Source: a virus
Lineage: Duplodnaviria; Caudoviricetes
Direction: 5' to 3' (one strand)
Virus record (IMG/VR): IMGVR_UViG_3300033075_001021
DNA length: 64,000 nt
Shown here: one piece after another, positions 1 to 9,896 of the stretch
Position numbering within the stretch: the first letter of the stretch is position 1
Layout: the number at the start of each line of letters is the position of its first letter
Notes under the pieces: generated by a model
What the model was told of the DNA's origin: nothing
Seen by the model: the letters and a program-made list of their open reading frames with translations, nothing else
Databases searched by the model: none
Translations under genes and position numbers: made by a program

Positions 1-376
1 CAGGATATCCAATATAATCACCATAACTAATCTCTGTATTAAGCTCAGTCAATTGTGATACATAAATACCAAACGTTAAATTACCATCTATGATATATCT
101 ACCAGTAGAATTTGGGTTATAAGTCTTGTTCTCTGGTTCAGCTAGAATTGGTACAACCTTTAATTCGACTGGTGGAAAGAATCTTATCCCATCTTTACTT
201 GCCTCCCCATATAATGCATCGGCGTCTGTCATCTCTCTATCAACCCTGTACAAAATCAGGGTAAAATTCCCGTCACCCTCAATAGCCTCACGACCCATTC
301 CAATCTCAAGCATAAAGTCCTCTTCCGAAAAGAACTTATTATTACGTGTTATTGGTGTAATTTTTGAATTTGCCAT
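1..376 (-). CDS. Neck/head-closure protein, T4 gp14-like (3'-truncated by window edge)
   Basis: Not in the ORF track. Manual translation from ATG 376 gives MANSKITPITRNNKFFSEEDFMLEIGMGREAIEGDGNFTLILYRVDREMTDADALYGEASKDGIRFFPPVELK...GDYIGYP, open to the edge. The LYGE segment is gp14-like, an ATATTTAT motif lies upstream and a gp13-like gene is nearby. Confidence 0.65.
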   Translation of the reverse strand, partial: MANSKITPITRNNKFFSEEDFMLEIGMGREAIEGDGNFTLILYRVDREMTDADALYGEASKDGIRFFPPVELKVVPILAEPENKTYNPNSTGRYIIDGNLTFGIYVSQLTELNTEISYGDYIGYP

Positions 377-386
377 GTCTTTTTTC

Positions 387-394
387 ATAAATAT
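387..394 (-). promoter_or_regulatory. Putative late promoter ATATTTAT
   Basis: Motif 10 nt upstream of ATG 376; recurs before many structural genes. Confidence 0.55.
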
Positions 395-422
395 TTACAA
401 TAGCCTAAATATTCATAAAGAC

Positions 423-451
423 TTGATTTTATTTAAAATTTTTTGTATATT
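423..451 (+). promoter_or_regulatory. Putative early/host-RNAP promoter
   Basis: TTGATT-N17-TATATT upstream of the helicase. Confidence 0.5.
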
Positions 452-485
452 GGTAGTTATAATATGATAAAAAAAACCAGGTAAT

Positions 486-2339
486 TTGATTAATTTAGAC
501 GACATAAAAGGCTATTCAGCGCTTGGATTATTGAAGAACTATTCTGGGATAAACCCCTACATAAGAAAACTTAGAAATGAGTATCTTAAAAACAAGAAGA
601 TTAAGTTAACCGAAACACAAGCCAAATACGTTATTGAAAATCACCAGAGGGAACCACAACTAATTAACAGGGTAATCGGTATTAGTCGTTTTCTAGGAGA
701 AGAACTACAAAGAAAAGAAGGTACGACTTTCGTACCAGAAAAAATTCTTATTGAATATGTATTAGCCGAAAACGAAAAATCCTACCATGTTTATGGAAAA
801 TTAAAACGTAATCAAGTCGATTCAAAAATGTATTGGTTACCAAAAACACAAGTTTTAGAAGACCCATATTTTGAAGCAATAAACATTGAGGTTGATTTCG
901 ACAAATATAATAAAGTTTTGGCCAAAGATGATAAAACACTCTACGCTCACCAAAAAGAAGGTATTAAGTTCTTATTATCCAGAAATAGCAGTATTTTAGC
1001 TGATGATATGGGTTTAGGGAAGTCAATTCAATCAATTATTGCGGCATTAGAAAGCGGTGCGGAAAGGATTTTAATTGTGTGTCCATCATCTGTTAAAATA
1101 AACTGGAAAAGAGAAATTAACACATTTTGTGACGATGTTACAATTGTTAGTGGTAGAGTATGGCCTAAGAAAATTGGTCGTTTTACCATCATAAACTACG
1201 ATATTCTTAAAAACTTTCATACATTGGGTGACGGAAAAAAGAAAAACCTAGAAGACCCAGTATTAGAACTCAATCGTCAGCTTGTAAATTCAAGATTTAA
1301 CCTTGTTATCATTGATGAAGCCCATGCACTTAAGAACAATAAGAGTATTCGTGGTGAAATCATGACAGATTTAATCGTAAAATACAATATTGAAAGGGCT
1401 TGGCTATTGACAGGTACCCCAATTGCTAATAGACCCATGGATTTCTTTAATCTATTAAAGATTATAAGGGCCCCAATAGCTGAAAATTGGCATTATTTTG
1501 CCCAAAGATACTGTGATGGTAGGAAAATGTTTAGAACACTTAAAAACGGCCAAAAAAAACAAATATGGCTGACTGATGGGGCATCTAACTTAGATGAATT
1601 AGCTGCAAAAACGAAGAATCTTATACTAAGGAGGCTTAAAGAAGAGGTTTTAGATATGCCAGATAAGGTTATTACCCCAGTTTACCATGAATTAACCGAT
1701 AAACAACGGGGTGAATATGAAAAACTCTGGGATGATTACCTTGAAAAACGCAGAGCTGAGAAGAAAAGGGGTTCAATTCAACGTGATTTGGTTGAACTTA
1801 TCCTTTTACGTAAGTTTATTGCCATGGAAGCCATACCAGAAACCATAGAAATGGCTGAAAATGCATTAGAAATGGGTAAAAAGGTGATTATTTTCACCAA
1901 TTTCACTGATGAACTACTTGAATTAGCTGAACATTTTGGTAAAAAGTGTGTTATTCATCACGGACCAATGTCAGAAAAGGAAAAACAACGCTCCGTTGAT
2001 AATTTCCAAAATAATCCAGCAATACGGGTATTTATTGGTAACATAAAGTCTGCTGGTGTTGGTATTACATTAACACAATCCGATGTCGTTATCTTTAATT
2101 CATTTGATTGGGTGCCAGGCTCTAACGAACAAGCTGAAGACAGAGCATATAGGATTGGTCAAAAAAATAATGTTAGTGTTTACTATCAGTTGTTTGAAGA
2201 CACAATCTCAACAAGAATGTGGTCCGTTTTAAGAACTAAAAAAGACGTGATTTCCACTATAATAGGTGATAAAAAGCTTACTGAAGAGGAAATTATTGAA
2301 ATAATGACAGAAAAATTAATCGAAGAAAACGATGGTTAG
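486..2339 (+). CDS. SNF2/SWI2-family helicase (HARP/SMARCAL1-like)
   Basis: LADDMGLGKS Walker A, IIDEAH, LLTGTP, GVGITLT, QAEDRAYRIGQ; TTG start. Confidence 0.9.
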   Translation: MINLDDIKGYSALGLLKNYSGINPYIRKLRNEYLKNKKIKLTETQAKYVIENHQREPQLINRVIGISRFLGEELQRKEGTTFVPEKILIEYVLAENEKSYHVYGKLKRNQVDSKMYWLPKTQVLEDPYFEAINIEVDFDKYNKVLAKDDKTLYAHQKEGIKFLLSRNSSILADDMGLGKSIQSIIAALESGAERILIVCPSSVKINWKREINTFCDDVTIVSGRVWPKKIGRFTIINYDILKNFHTLGDGKKKNLEDPVLELNRQLVNSRFNLVIIDEAHALKNNKSIRGEIMTDLIVKYNIERAWLLTGTPIANRPMDFFNLLKIIRAPIAENWHYFAQRYCDGRKMFRTLKNGQKKQIWLTDGASNLDELAAKTKNLILRRLKEEVLDMPDKVITPVYHELTDKQRGEYEKLWDDYLEKRRAEKKRGSIQRDLVELILLRKFIAMEAIPETIEMAENALEMGKKVIIFTNFTDELLELAEHFGKKCVIHHGPMSEKEKQRSVDNFQNNPAIRVFIGNIKSAGVGITLTQSDVVIFNSFDWVPGSNEQAEDRAYRIGQKNNVSVYYQLFEDTISTRMWSVLRTKKDVISTIIGDKKLTEEEIIEIMTEKLIEENDG

Positions 2340-2586
2340 AATATATACAGTCGAAAATTGTCCATACTGCAATGAATTAAAAGGTATTCTTAAAAATGAA
2401 GGTGTTGAATTTGTTGAAGTTGACGTAAACAAACCAGAAAACGAAGCCGAATTTAATAAACTTTTTGAAATAACCAAGTGCGACGATGTCCCAATGGTTA
2501 AAGTTGGAAATCAACTCTTGATTCCACACACATCCTTTAGAAGCATTCGAGAAGCCGCTGATTTAACTAAGAAGTTTTTAGTTTAA
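2332..2586 (+). CDS. Glutaredoxin / NrdH-like redoxin
   Basis: CPYC motif, VP motif, 84 aa. Confidence 0.85.
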   Translation: MVRIYTVENCPYCNELKGILKNEGVEFVEVDVNKPENEAEFNKLFEITKCDDVPMVKVGNQLLIPHTSFRSIREAADLTKKFLV

Positions 2587-2599
2587 TTCACTATTCTTA

Positions 2600-2607
2600 A
2601 TATTTAT
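2600..2607 (+). promoter_or_regulatory. Putative late promoter ATATTTAT
   Basis: 15 nt upstream of the neck gene ATG 2623. Confidence 0.55.
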
Positions 2608-2622
2608 AAAGAAAGAATTAAC

Positions 2623-3771
2623 ATGTCAGTAAGTACAGACGAAAGAGAAAAACTATTTAGACAGTTTAAGCATTCCCTAGGTGCGCCTATCCGTCAAATC
2701 GAATTAACGGATGACCAACTATGCACCCTTTTGGAGATTTCAATCGAAGACTATGCACAATATGTTCAAGAATGGCTAATCGAACACCAATGGATGTCTG
2801 TGTTTGGACAAAACATAGATACCGTTGACATGGCCTTTGCACTAAGTGTTAGGTCTTTAGATTTTGTTAGCCAATACACCTATGCATACTCAAAACAAGT
2901 CGGTCTTCAAACCAATGGTCCATGGGAACTAAAAAAGGATTTTGTTACGCTTGAATCTGGAAGACAAGTATATGAAATCCCAGCGGGTAGAGAAATAAAC
3001 GAGGTTTTATGGTTTACACCAACAGCTGTTAGTCAAGCATTGTTAGCAAATTACGGTGGTATTGACTATGGATTTGGTGGCGGCTTCGCACAAATGGGTG
3101 GTGGTTATGGTACTGCTGGTACTGGTACTGGTGGTGGTCGAAGTGGTTATTATGTTGCCCCAGCTTACGATATTCTCTTAACCGCATCAGATATGAATCT
3201 TAAAAATAAAATCATTAGAAGTGAATTGGTCTATAAGATTACCGCAGGTCCAAACGGAACAAAACTTTTACACCTTCTTTCTACACCAGGTTCTAGATTA
3301 ACCTTTGGCAACGCAATTGGTGGATTAAACTCTTCAATTTCTGTTGCTGGTTGTCAAGTTTGGTATCACTATTACGATACTAGCGGAAGCACTGTCGACC
3401 AATGTAGAAGAGATAATCCAGATATCATAAAACTTCCAAATGAAGTGCCGTTATCAAAGTTAGATTTTTCAACCTTTAATGAGCCAACAAAAACACTTAT
3501 AAGACAATTATTCATAGCAGAAGCTAAAAGAGCTTTAGGTAGAGTAAGAGGTAAATTTGGTGGTATTATTGGCCCTCCAGAAGCTGAAAGGACAATGGAT
3601 TACGAAACACTTATAAGTGAAGGTAATGAAGAAAGAAAAGCGGTTCTTGAAAGATTAGACACAAGGCTTTTAAGGTTATCAAGTACATCACAACTTGAAA
3701 GAGGTGCAAATGAAGCTGAATACTTAAACCGAGCAATGAAATTTAGACCACTTGGTTTTTGGTTATATTAA
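2623..3771 (+). CDS. Neck protein, T4 gp13-like
   Basis: N-terminal LGAPIRQIELTDDQL and C-terminal LGRVRGKF resemble gp13. Confidence 0.75.
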   Translation: MSVSTDEREKLFRQFKHSLGAPIRQIELTDDQLCTLLEISIEDYAQYVQEWLIEHQWMSVFGQNIDTVDMAFALSVRSLDFVSQYTYAYSKQVGLQTNGPWELKKDFVTLESGRQVYEIPAGREINEVLWFTPTAVSQALLANYGGIDYGFGGGFAQMGGGYGTAGTGTGGGRSGYYVAPAYDILLTASDMNLKNKIIRSELVYKITAGPNGTKLLHLLSTPGSRLTFGNAIGGLNSSISVAGCQVWYHYYDTSGSTVDQCRRDNPDIIKLPNEVPLSKLDFSTFNEPTKTLIRQLFIAEAKRALGRVRGKFGGIIGPPEAERTMDYETLISEGNEERKAVLERLDTRLLRLSSTSQLERGANEAEYLNRAMKFRPLGFWLY

Positions 3772-3796
3772 AAAAAGGGCCAAGTGGCCCTTTTTT
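3771..3796. terminator. Bidirectional intrinsic terminator
   Basis: AAAAAA-GGGCCA-AG-TGGCCC-TTTTTT between convergent genes. Confidence 0.85.
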
Positions 3797-3797
3797 A

Positions 3798-6700
3798 TTA
3801 GAAATTCCATTCATTAGTGTCTTCTTTTGGTAAACTATTTATAGTCTCCAACAATGACTTGTAATCAATATTAGGATTTGATGTTGTACCAAAACTAGGA
3901 TTTAGTGTTTCAATTTCATCATCCCATGGTGATTTTTTCTTTGTTAGTGTTGGTGGATTTAATGCCAACCTACTAATCTCAATCTCAAAATCAGCTTTTT
4001 GAATTTCAGGTATGTACCCGTCAATCTCAGGTTCTGGTGCTTCTGGGTCATATTCATCGTCATCATCATCATCATTAGATTTTTTCTCTTTCTCTTTAAT
4101 TCTAACCAATACGCCTAATTCAAATTCTTCAACATTTTTCTTAAGTAGGTCGATATTATTCATATCCTTGAGTTCACGTTTCATTTCGTTTCTAACGCTT
4201 TCCTCGACACTCATAATTTTCTGTTCTGATTTGTAATCCAACCATAACTCATATCTGTTTGTATCAGATACACTGTTCATCTGATACCATTTATCCCTCT
4301 CAATTGCATCTTCTTCGTATTTAAAAATATCGTTAATACTTCCAAGTACAACATCCCATTTTCTTGAAATAAATGAAGTGTAATCATCAGATAAAGTTGC
4401 AAACATAAGAATCTCTTGTGGCGGTGTTAACGAAGATTCAAATATTTGAATTTCTTTTAGTTCAAGTTTTTGAAGTATACGGTCAAACTCTTCAAGCTCA
4501 AACTTAATACCATTCTCACGTTCAATACGTTTTCTTTCATGGTAATCTGCTCTTATCATTTCCCACTCATCAACCTCCATATTATTTGGGACTTTATCAA
4601 CACTATCCCAAAACCTAATTTCTTTATCTTCCATTTTCATTAGGTCTTCGTAATAATCGTCTTGGTCCTCTGGCTTATTTGGTACCCCAGCGACCAACTG
4701 ACATTGTAATTCAGTAAAAATATTTTTATCCGTGAGTTTTTCTAGTTTTGTTTTCTTGTCCTTTTTAATTTCGCGAAGAATTTTATCACGTATATCTAAG
4801 TTAAAACAAACAAGCAATGGACGCACCTTTTTATTAAACGCTTCTAAATATTTGGCAACATTATACTCATCTGTTAATAATTCAGATTCCATACTAGCAA
4901 TCCTTGCATTCAACTCATTAATCTTTTCGGTATCCGATGGGTCACAAGCAGCAATCATTTTTTGTAAACTCTCAATATCTTTTAACGTTTCAAGATTAGT
5001 CTCTACGGTAACGGTATCAAGTAATTTACAATTTAATATTGTTTGTGACTCAAACTTTGGTGCATGACCATTATTGATTTCATATTGCAGTAATTGTTTT
5101 TTTGTCATTTTAGACCTTACAATAGTTTGACAATCACCATCGGTTTTCGACTTACCCGTATTAACGTAATATATGGTGTCACCTAGATTAACATCCAACT
5201 CATTAGCAATTGCCAACTCCATGTGCGCTTGTTTTGGCATTGGATTACCAGCTTTATTCTTTTTCAACGACTTCTTTTTGTAGTCTTGAATGGTTGATTT
5301 AACTTTTGATTTAGACGCAATTTTTACAAGTGGAATATTGTAGTTGTATATTTTATCAACATATTCATGGTAGTAGCTAATAAACTCTTTTCCTTTACCA
5401 TCAAGCAATAAAGCAATTGCTTTATTGATAAAATCCTCAATATATACTGGCATCTTTTTAGACTTGATTGAGTTACCAACCAATTTAAGTTTACCATTTA
5501 GTAGATTAGCGTAGTTTTTCCTTGAGAAGTTAATCGTAGACTCATAGATATCATCTATATCCAATCCCATTCTACCAATCATAAAGTTTTCATTGAATTC
5601 AGCAAGAACGGCATCTAAACCAAAAAGTTCTTTACCAGCATCCTCTTTAGTTTTCCAATGAGAACCTTTAGCAACATATTTTACCGAATTGATACTTTCA
5701 GGGAATTCAAAGTTAAAACCATCGGTATCACCCACAAGCGGATTGAAACCATATTTTTCTTTAAAGTGTCTTACCATTAAACGAAGATACTGACGACCAC
5801 GACAAGTTGTTTCTTCAGCACAATTGGTATCACCCCAATTAAAAATATACGGTGCACCATAAGCACCAAACCAAGAGTTTGCAAGAATCTTAAGAGGTAA
5901 TTGTTTTTTATCATAAAGGCTTGCTAACGCCTTATGTTCTCTAAGTTGTTCTTTTAATTTCTTAAGTTCTTCTTTTGATAATGTGTCCTTAAGGTCGTCT
6001 ATTTTTCTTTGTATTTCCTTAGCCTTTGCTTTTTCTTCACCTGTTAGGAATTTATATTTGTCACGGGTATCAACAATATAAGTTAACAACCCAGCCATCA
6101 CACCGCTAATATCAAGGTCTGGAAATATTTCATGCGTTAATTGATTCTTAGGATAAAGAGCGGCGTAGTCAAACTTAACAACGTTTCTAGAATAACCAAC
6201 GCTAAGCAATCTTGAAAGACCACCAGTAAAATCACGTTTTGTTTCTGTTTCAGGTATAGCCAAATCATTTTCATACGACCATGCAGACATAATTAATTTC
6301 CACTGGCTAGCTGTACCCATGGTAGAACTTCTACTGTAAGAAGTTGGAAGCAGTTTAGATATCAAAAATGCTGCTTGATTGTATATTGTATCAACTTGTT
6401 CTGTTTCCCATAAATCATCCAAAAGATATCTTTGAACAATAAAGTTACCCTTAACCTTTTTATAACCATCATTTAATGGCATCCTATCAGTTATCTTATA
6501 GAAGTCACCATTTTTATCATTGAAAGCGTAATCGGTCTTTTCATCAGCCCAAGTTGAATAAATTTTATCACCTTGAACATATACACGATTTTCTTTAGCA
6601 ACACCAGAGTATTTCGTGATGTATTTTAAGTTCCATTTTTTAATATCGGAATTAATTGCTTGGGCTCTACGTACAGCGTGTGCAATATCGATTACATTAT

Positions 6701-7583
6701 AACCCCATAAATAAGTCTGTTCAAACGCTTCTTGTTCGTTACCAAGCTTTAACATTGCTGGTTTACGTTTGATGGTTGTTTTACCATCTAAACAAATAGC
6801 TATTTGGTCAACAGGTATTGATAGACGTTCACAACGTTCATAAATAAAGGCCCAGTCGAATGATTCTGAGTTAAAACCAGATATAATGTCTGGTTTAAGA
6901 TGATTTATAAGTCTGAAGAAATTAATTAGATTCTCTCTTTCTGAATCTCTACGCTGTTGTGGTGTTTTACCCTTTGTTTCTAATACCAATTCAAACCCTT
7001 TATTATCACGCATACCAATTTGGAAAATTGCATGACGTTTAGGGTCTAGACCTTCAGTTTCTAAGTCAAATTGAAAACGATGAACATCATTATAATCATC
7101 CATACCCTTGAATAACCTGATACCACTTTGTATCATAAATTGTTCGACGGGTGTGAACATGAAGAAAAGTTTGGAGTACTTTTTATCAAATATATCGATT
7201 CCACCTTCCCTAAAAAATTGAACCAAACGATTATATGATTCGGTACAAGTTGCCATGTATCGGTAACCATTAGCTAATCGTTTTGGTACTTCACCATCTT
7301 CATCTGAAATTCGTAAACGTTTTGTTCTGACACCATATTTTTGGGCCATCTCTCTAGCCTTCATCTTCTTTCCACCAAAAAGTATATCTGAAACCTCATC
7401 TTTAAACCACAAGAATGGTTTATATGGATGTTTTTCAATTCTTTTACCCGTATCTGGGTCGTTGATTATAAGATGTACATAAGGCTCTCCGTAACTCGCC
7501 TCTACACCAACAACATATTTTTTTGGATTCGAACCATGTAAGAAGTTTTCTATGATTTCAGGAGCAATTTTGGTTTTTGACAT
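3798..7583 (-). CDS. DNA polymerase, family B, with long C-terminal extension
   Basis: Exo motifs FDLETE, GFNSESFD, YLLDD; pol motifs DYAALYP, KILANSWFG, GDTDG. Start moved to ATG 7583 (MSKTK) because the longer ORF overlaps a promoter/hairpin. Confidence 0.92.
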   Translation of the reverse strand: MSKTKIAPEIIENFLHGSNPKKYVVGVEASYGEPYVHLIINDPDTGKRIEKHPYKPFLWFKDEVSDILFGGKKMKAREMAQKYGVRTKRLRISDEDGEVPKRLANGYRYMATCTESYNRLVQFFREGGIDIFDKKYSKLFFMFTPVEQFMIQSGIRLFKGMDDYNDVHRFQFDLETEGLDPKRHAIFQIGMRDNKGFELVLETKGKTPQQRRDSERENLINFFRLINHLKPDIISGFNSESFDWAFIYERCERLSIPVDQIAICLDGKTTIKRKPAMLKLGNEQEAFEQTYLWGYNVIDIAHAVRRAQAINSDIKKWNLKYITKYSGVAKENRVYVQGDKIYSTWADEKTDYAFNDKNGDFYKITDRMPLNDGYKKVKGNFIVQRYLLDDLWETEQVDTIYNQAAFLISKLLPTSYSRSSTMGTASQWKLIMSAWSYENDLAIPETETKRDFTGGLSRLLSVGYSRNVVKFDYAALYPKNQLTHEIFPDLDISGVMAGLLTYIVDTRDKYKFLTGEEKAKAKEIQRKIDDLKDTLSKEELKKLKEQLREHKALASLYDKKQLPLKILANSWFGAYGAPYIFNWGDTNCAEETTCRGRQYLRLMVRHFKEKYGFNPLVGDTDGFNFEFPESINSVKYVAKGSHWKTKEDAGKELFGLDAVLAEFNENFMIGRMGLDIDDIYESTINFSRKNYANLLNGKLKLVGNSIKSKKMPVYIEDFINKAIALLLDGKGKEFISYYHEYVDKIYNYNIPLVKIASKSKVKSTIQDYKKKSLKKNKAGNPMPKQAHMELAIANELDVNLGDTIYYVNTGKSKTDGDCQTIVRSKMTKKQLLQYEINNGHAPKFESQTILNCKLLDTVTVETNLETLKDIESLQKMIAACDPSDTEKINELNARIASMESELLTDEYNVAKYLEAFNKKVRPLLVCFNLDIRDKILREIKKDKKTKLEKLTDKNIFTELQCQLVAGVPNKPEDQDDYYEDLMKMEDKEIRFWDSVDKVPNNMEVDEWEMIRADYHERKRIERENGIKFELEEFDRILQKLELKEIQIFESSLTPPQEILMFATLSDDYTSFISRKWDVVLGSINDIFKYEEDAIERDKWYQMNSVSDTNRYELWLDYKSEQKIMSVEESVRNEMKRELKDMNNIDLLKKNVEEFELGVLVRIKEKEKKSNDDDDDDEYDPEAPEPEIDGYIPEIQKADFEIEISRLALNPPTLTKKKSPWDDEIETLNPSFGTTSNPNIDYKSLLETINSLPKEDTNEWNF

Positions 7584-7597
7584 ATAATAGATTTCCA

Positions 7598-7628
7598 CAA
7601 ATATACTAAAAAAAACTTGCGGTGACAA
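7598..7628 (-). promoter_or_regulatory. Proximal promoter of DNA polymerase
   Basis: Minus strand TTGTCA-N17-TATATTTG (Bacteroidota TAnnTTTG -7 element). Confidence 0.55.
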
Positions 7629-7640
7629 GTGTCACCGCAA
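7606..7640 (-). terminator. Intrinsic terminator / attenuator upstream of polymerase
   Basis: TTGCGGTGAC-AAGT-GTCACCGCAA hairpin (7617-7640) followed on the minus strand by a U-tract. Confidence 0.7.
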
Positions 7641-7675
7641 AAAAAAGTTTTTGAACATTTTAATAAAATGTTCAA

Positions 7676-7706
7676 CAAATTTACGAAATTATCTTGATAA
7701 ATGCAA
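7676..7706 (-). promoter_or_regulatory. Distal promoter upstream of the polymerase leader hairpins
   Basis: Minus strand TTGCAT-N17-TAAATTTG. Confidence 0.5.
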
Positions 7707-7716
7707 ATACCAGCAA

Positions 7717-8088
7717 TTATTTTTTAATTTCACCCTCTAATACGTTAATATATAATTCTTCACGAATTGGAACCAAAAGAGTTCCACTACCATCTAAAAA
7801 TTCAATAATGAATTGACCAACATATCTACCAGCCCTGTTGGTATCTTTTTCTGAGAATTGATAAGTAATGTAATATTCTTCACCGACACAGCTTATTGGT
7901 TCAACCAAAGCAACCCCAGTCCTTTTCTTACCAATTTTTCTTATACCAGTTACGACATCAGTCATACTGAAGAAAATATCAGCGTTTTGAATCATTTCAA
8001 AAAATTTTCGAAAATCATTTCTACCATCTTGAATTAATTCAAGTTTTAATATTGGTAAACTAGCGTTTTTGTTAATAAAAAATTCCAT
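7717..8088 (-). CDS. BppU-like / baseplate adaptor small protein
   Basis: Pattern LPILKLEL...ITYQF...DT..AGRY.GQF.IEF; last gene of the fibre operon. Confidence 0.45.
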   Translation of the reverse strand: MEFFINKNASLPILKLELIQDGRNDFRKFFEMIQNADIFFSMTDVVTGIRKIGKKRTGVALVEPISCVGEEYYITYQFSEKDTNRAGRYVGQFIIEFLDGSGTLLVPIREELYINVLEGEIKK

Positions 8089-8099
8089 ATAAAATAAGT

Positions 8100-9887
8100 T
8101 TATGTATTATAAATACCAATCAATGGTGGATTAGTTACACCACTACCAGCAAAATCTGTAGAGATACCAACAGATGTTCCTGATACCTTGGTTATTGTAT
8201 GGAAATCCCATGTTTGTGGGTCCACACCAGTTTCATTTAAAAATATTGGACCTGTTTGTGTTTGCTCCCCAATATCCAATGTATATCCAACACTTGAACC
8301 ACTAATCATTTTATAAATATTATAAGAATGGGTTGTTTTAGTAACAGTATCGGCTCTTACAACTTTCATTGAATAATTTGTTTTACCAGTATATGGTGCT
8401 GATTGAGACTGAAATAACACTGGTGGGTTTGTACACACAAAAATATTATTCTTTAAATCATAAACAGTTGACGCCGTATAAGTACCCCCAGCACCAAACA
8501 TATTATCAGCTGGTGTTGGTGTACAAGGTGGTGCTGAGTTACATGAACCAGTAAACGTTGGGAAGTTTTCAAAACCAACACCAAAATTTGGTCCACTATA
8601 CCTAGATTCTGAATTTTCAATAACAACATTATTGTAAAACCTATTATTTCTAGCATCAATCTTAAACGCACCAGAACCACTAGTATAAGCCAACGAACCA
8701 CAATTAATAATTAAATTATACGCACAAACATTTTCGTAGGCGGTTGAACCACTACTTGTCGCCCCAAATTCAAGAATACCAGCACAATCAACAAATGTAT
8801 TATACATGATACTATTATAATTATTTGTATTAAACGGTTCAACCGCACCACCATTTGTACCAAAAGACTCGGCCCACGCCCATGCACCTGATACATAGTT
8901 ATGGTGTATGTTACAATAATTACCAGTTGTTGTTATAGCATTTGCCCCATATGAACCAGTGGTATATGCATATACTTGACCAAAGTTTACCATCGTGTTA
9001 TATGAAACGTCATTATAATCACCAGCATATTCAACCCCGTTACCAATATTGTTTATAAAACAATTCTTAACGGTACAATTATTACATTTAAGTGTTGGGT
9101 CATCCTCACCTAACATAATTGCAGTAATAGAATATGATGGGTCAACTTTTGGTACGGTTGGATATCTTGGGTCATTAAATTGCAAACCATCAATTATGAT
9201 GTAATTAGTGTTTTCAAATGTTAATATTTTCTTTGTTAAATAATTTGTTACAGATGGATATGGGAATAAAAAATTAGGTAAAGGACCATAACCATAATTA
9301 CCAAATATAATTGGATTAGTTTGAGTACCAGTAGGACAATTAAGCCCACCATAACCTCTCCACCATCTGAATCCATAAGACCTATCTTGGCAATAAAATG
9401 TATCACCGCATTTAAACAAGATTGCATCACCAGCTTGTATTGTACCATTATTACCAGCAGTATTTACTTGCGATAAACTTGTCCAAGGAGTATTAATACC
9501 ACCATTTTGAGTTGTGCCTGTATAGCTAGACGAAACATACCAATATCTTAACGGTATTGGTGTTCTTTGTAAAACTGTAACAGTAACATTACTAGCTCCT
9601 GTTAAACCAAAATTATTTGTGGCTGTTAATTTATATACATATGTTCCAACGGTTAAGCCAGAAATATCTGTTACTGCTGAATTTGGTGTAATAATATTAC
9701 CACCAGTAGGTCCAGATGTTTTACTCCATAAATACGCTGTAATGGTCCCAAGTTGAGTTACTGCTGAACCACTCAATACCCAACTGGTTGTTGGAAGTGT
9801 GACTGAAGTTCCGCTACCAGCATTAACGACTGGATTAACATTAGTTTTCTTAGAAGACGATATGACACCAATATTAAATGAATACAT
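8100..9887 (-). CDS. PKD/Ig domain plus parallel beta-helix (pectate-lyase-like) adhesin or depolymerase
   Basis: YLWSKTSGP...GTYVYKLTAT Ig/PKD signature; YVS...NG....PW.SL and GDAILFKCG beta-helix cap; Asn-rich strands. Confidence 0.65.
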   Translation of the reverse strand: MYSFNIGVISSSKKTNVNPVVNAGSGTSVTLPTTSWVLSGSAVTQLGTITAYLWSKTSGPTGGNIITPNSAVTDISGLTVGTYVYKLTATNNFGLTGASNVTVTVLQRTPIPLRYWYVSSSYTGTTQNGGINTPWTSLSQVNTAGNNGTIQAGDAILFKCGDTFYCQDRSYGFRWWRGYGGLNCPTGTQTNPIIFGNYGYGPLPNFLFPYPSVTNYLTKKILTFENTNYIIIDGLQFNDPRYPTVPKVDPSYSITAIMLGEDDPTLKCNNCTVKNCFINNIGNGVEYAGDYNDVSYNTMVNFGQVYAYTTGSYGANAITTTGNYCNIHHNYVSGAWAWAESFGTNGGAVEPFNTNNYNSIMYNTFVDCAGILEFGATSSGSTAYENVCAYNLIINCGSLAYTSGSGAFKIDARNNRFYNNVVIENSESRYSGPNFGVGFENFPTFTGSCNSAPPCTPTPADNMFGAGGTYTASTVYDLKNNIFVCTNPPVLFQSQSAPYTGKTNYSMKVVRADTVTKTTHSYNIYKMISGSSVGYTLDIGEQTQTGPIFLNETGVDPQTWDFHTITKVSGTSVGISTDFAGSGVTNPPLIGIYNT

Positions 9888-9896
9888 ATTTTATTT

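Noticed and set aside
126-467. 113-aa plus-strand ORF
   Set aside because: Antisense shadow of the gp14-like gene on the minus strand (1-376)
3798-7583. Intein in polymerase, helicase or terminase
   Set aside because: No C/S...HN splice-junction motifs or LAGLIDADG blocks seen; inserts look like coiled coils or acidic tails
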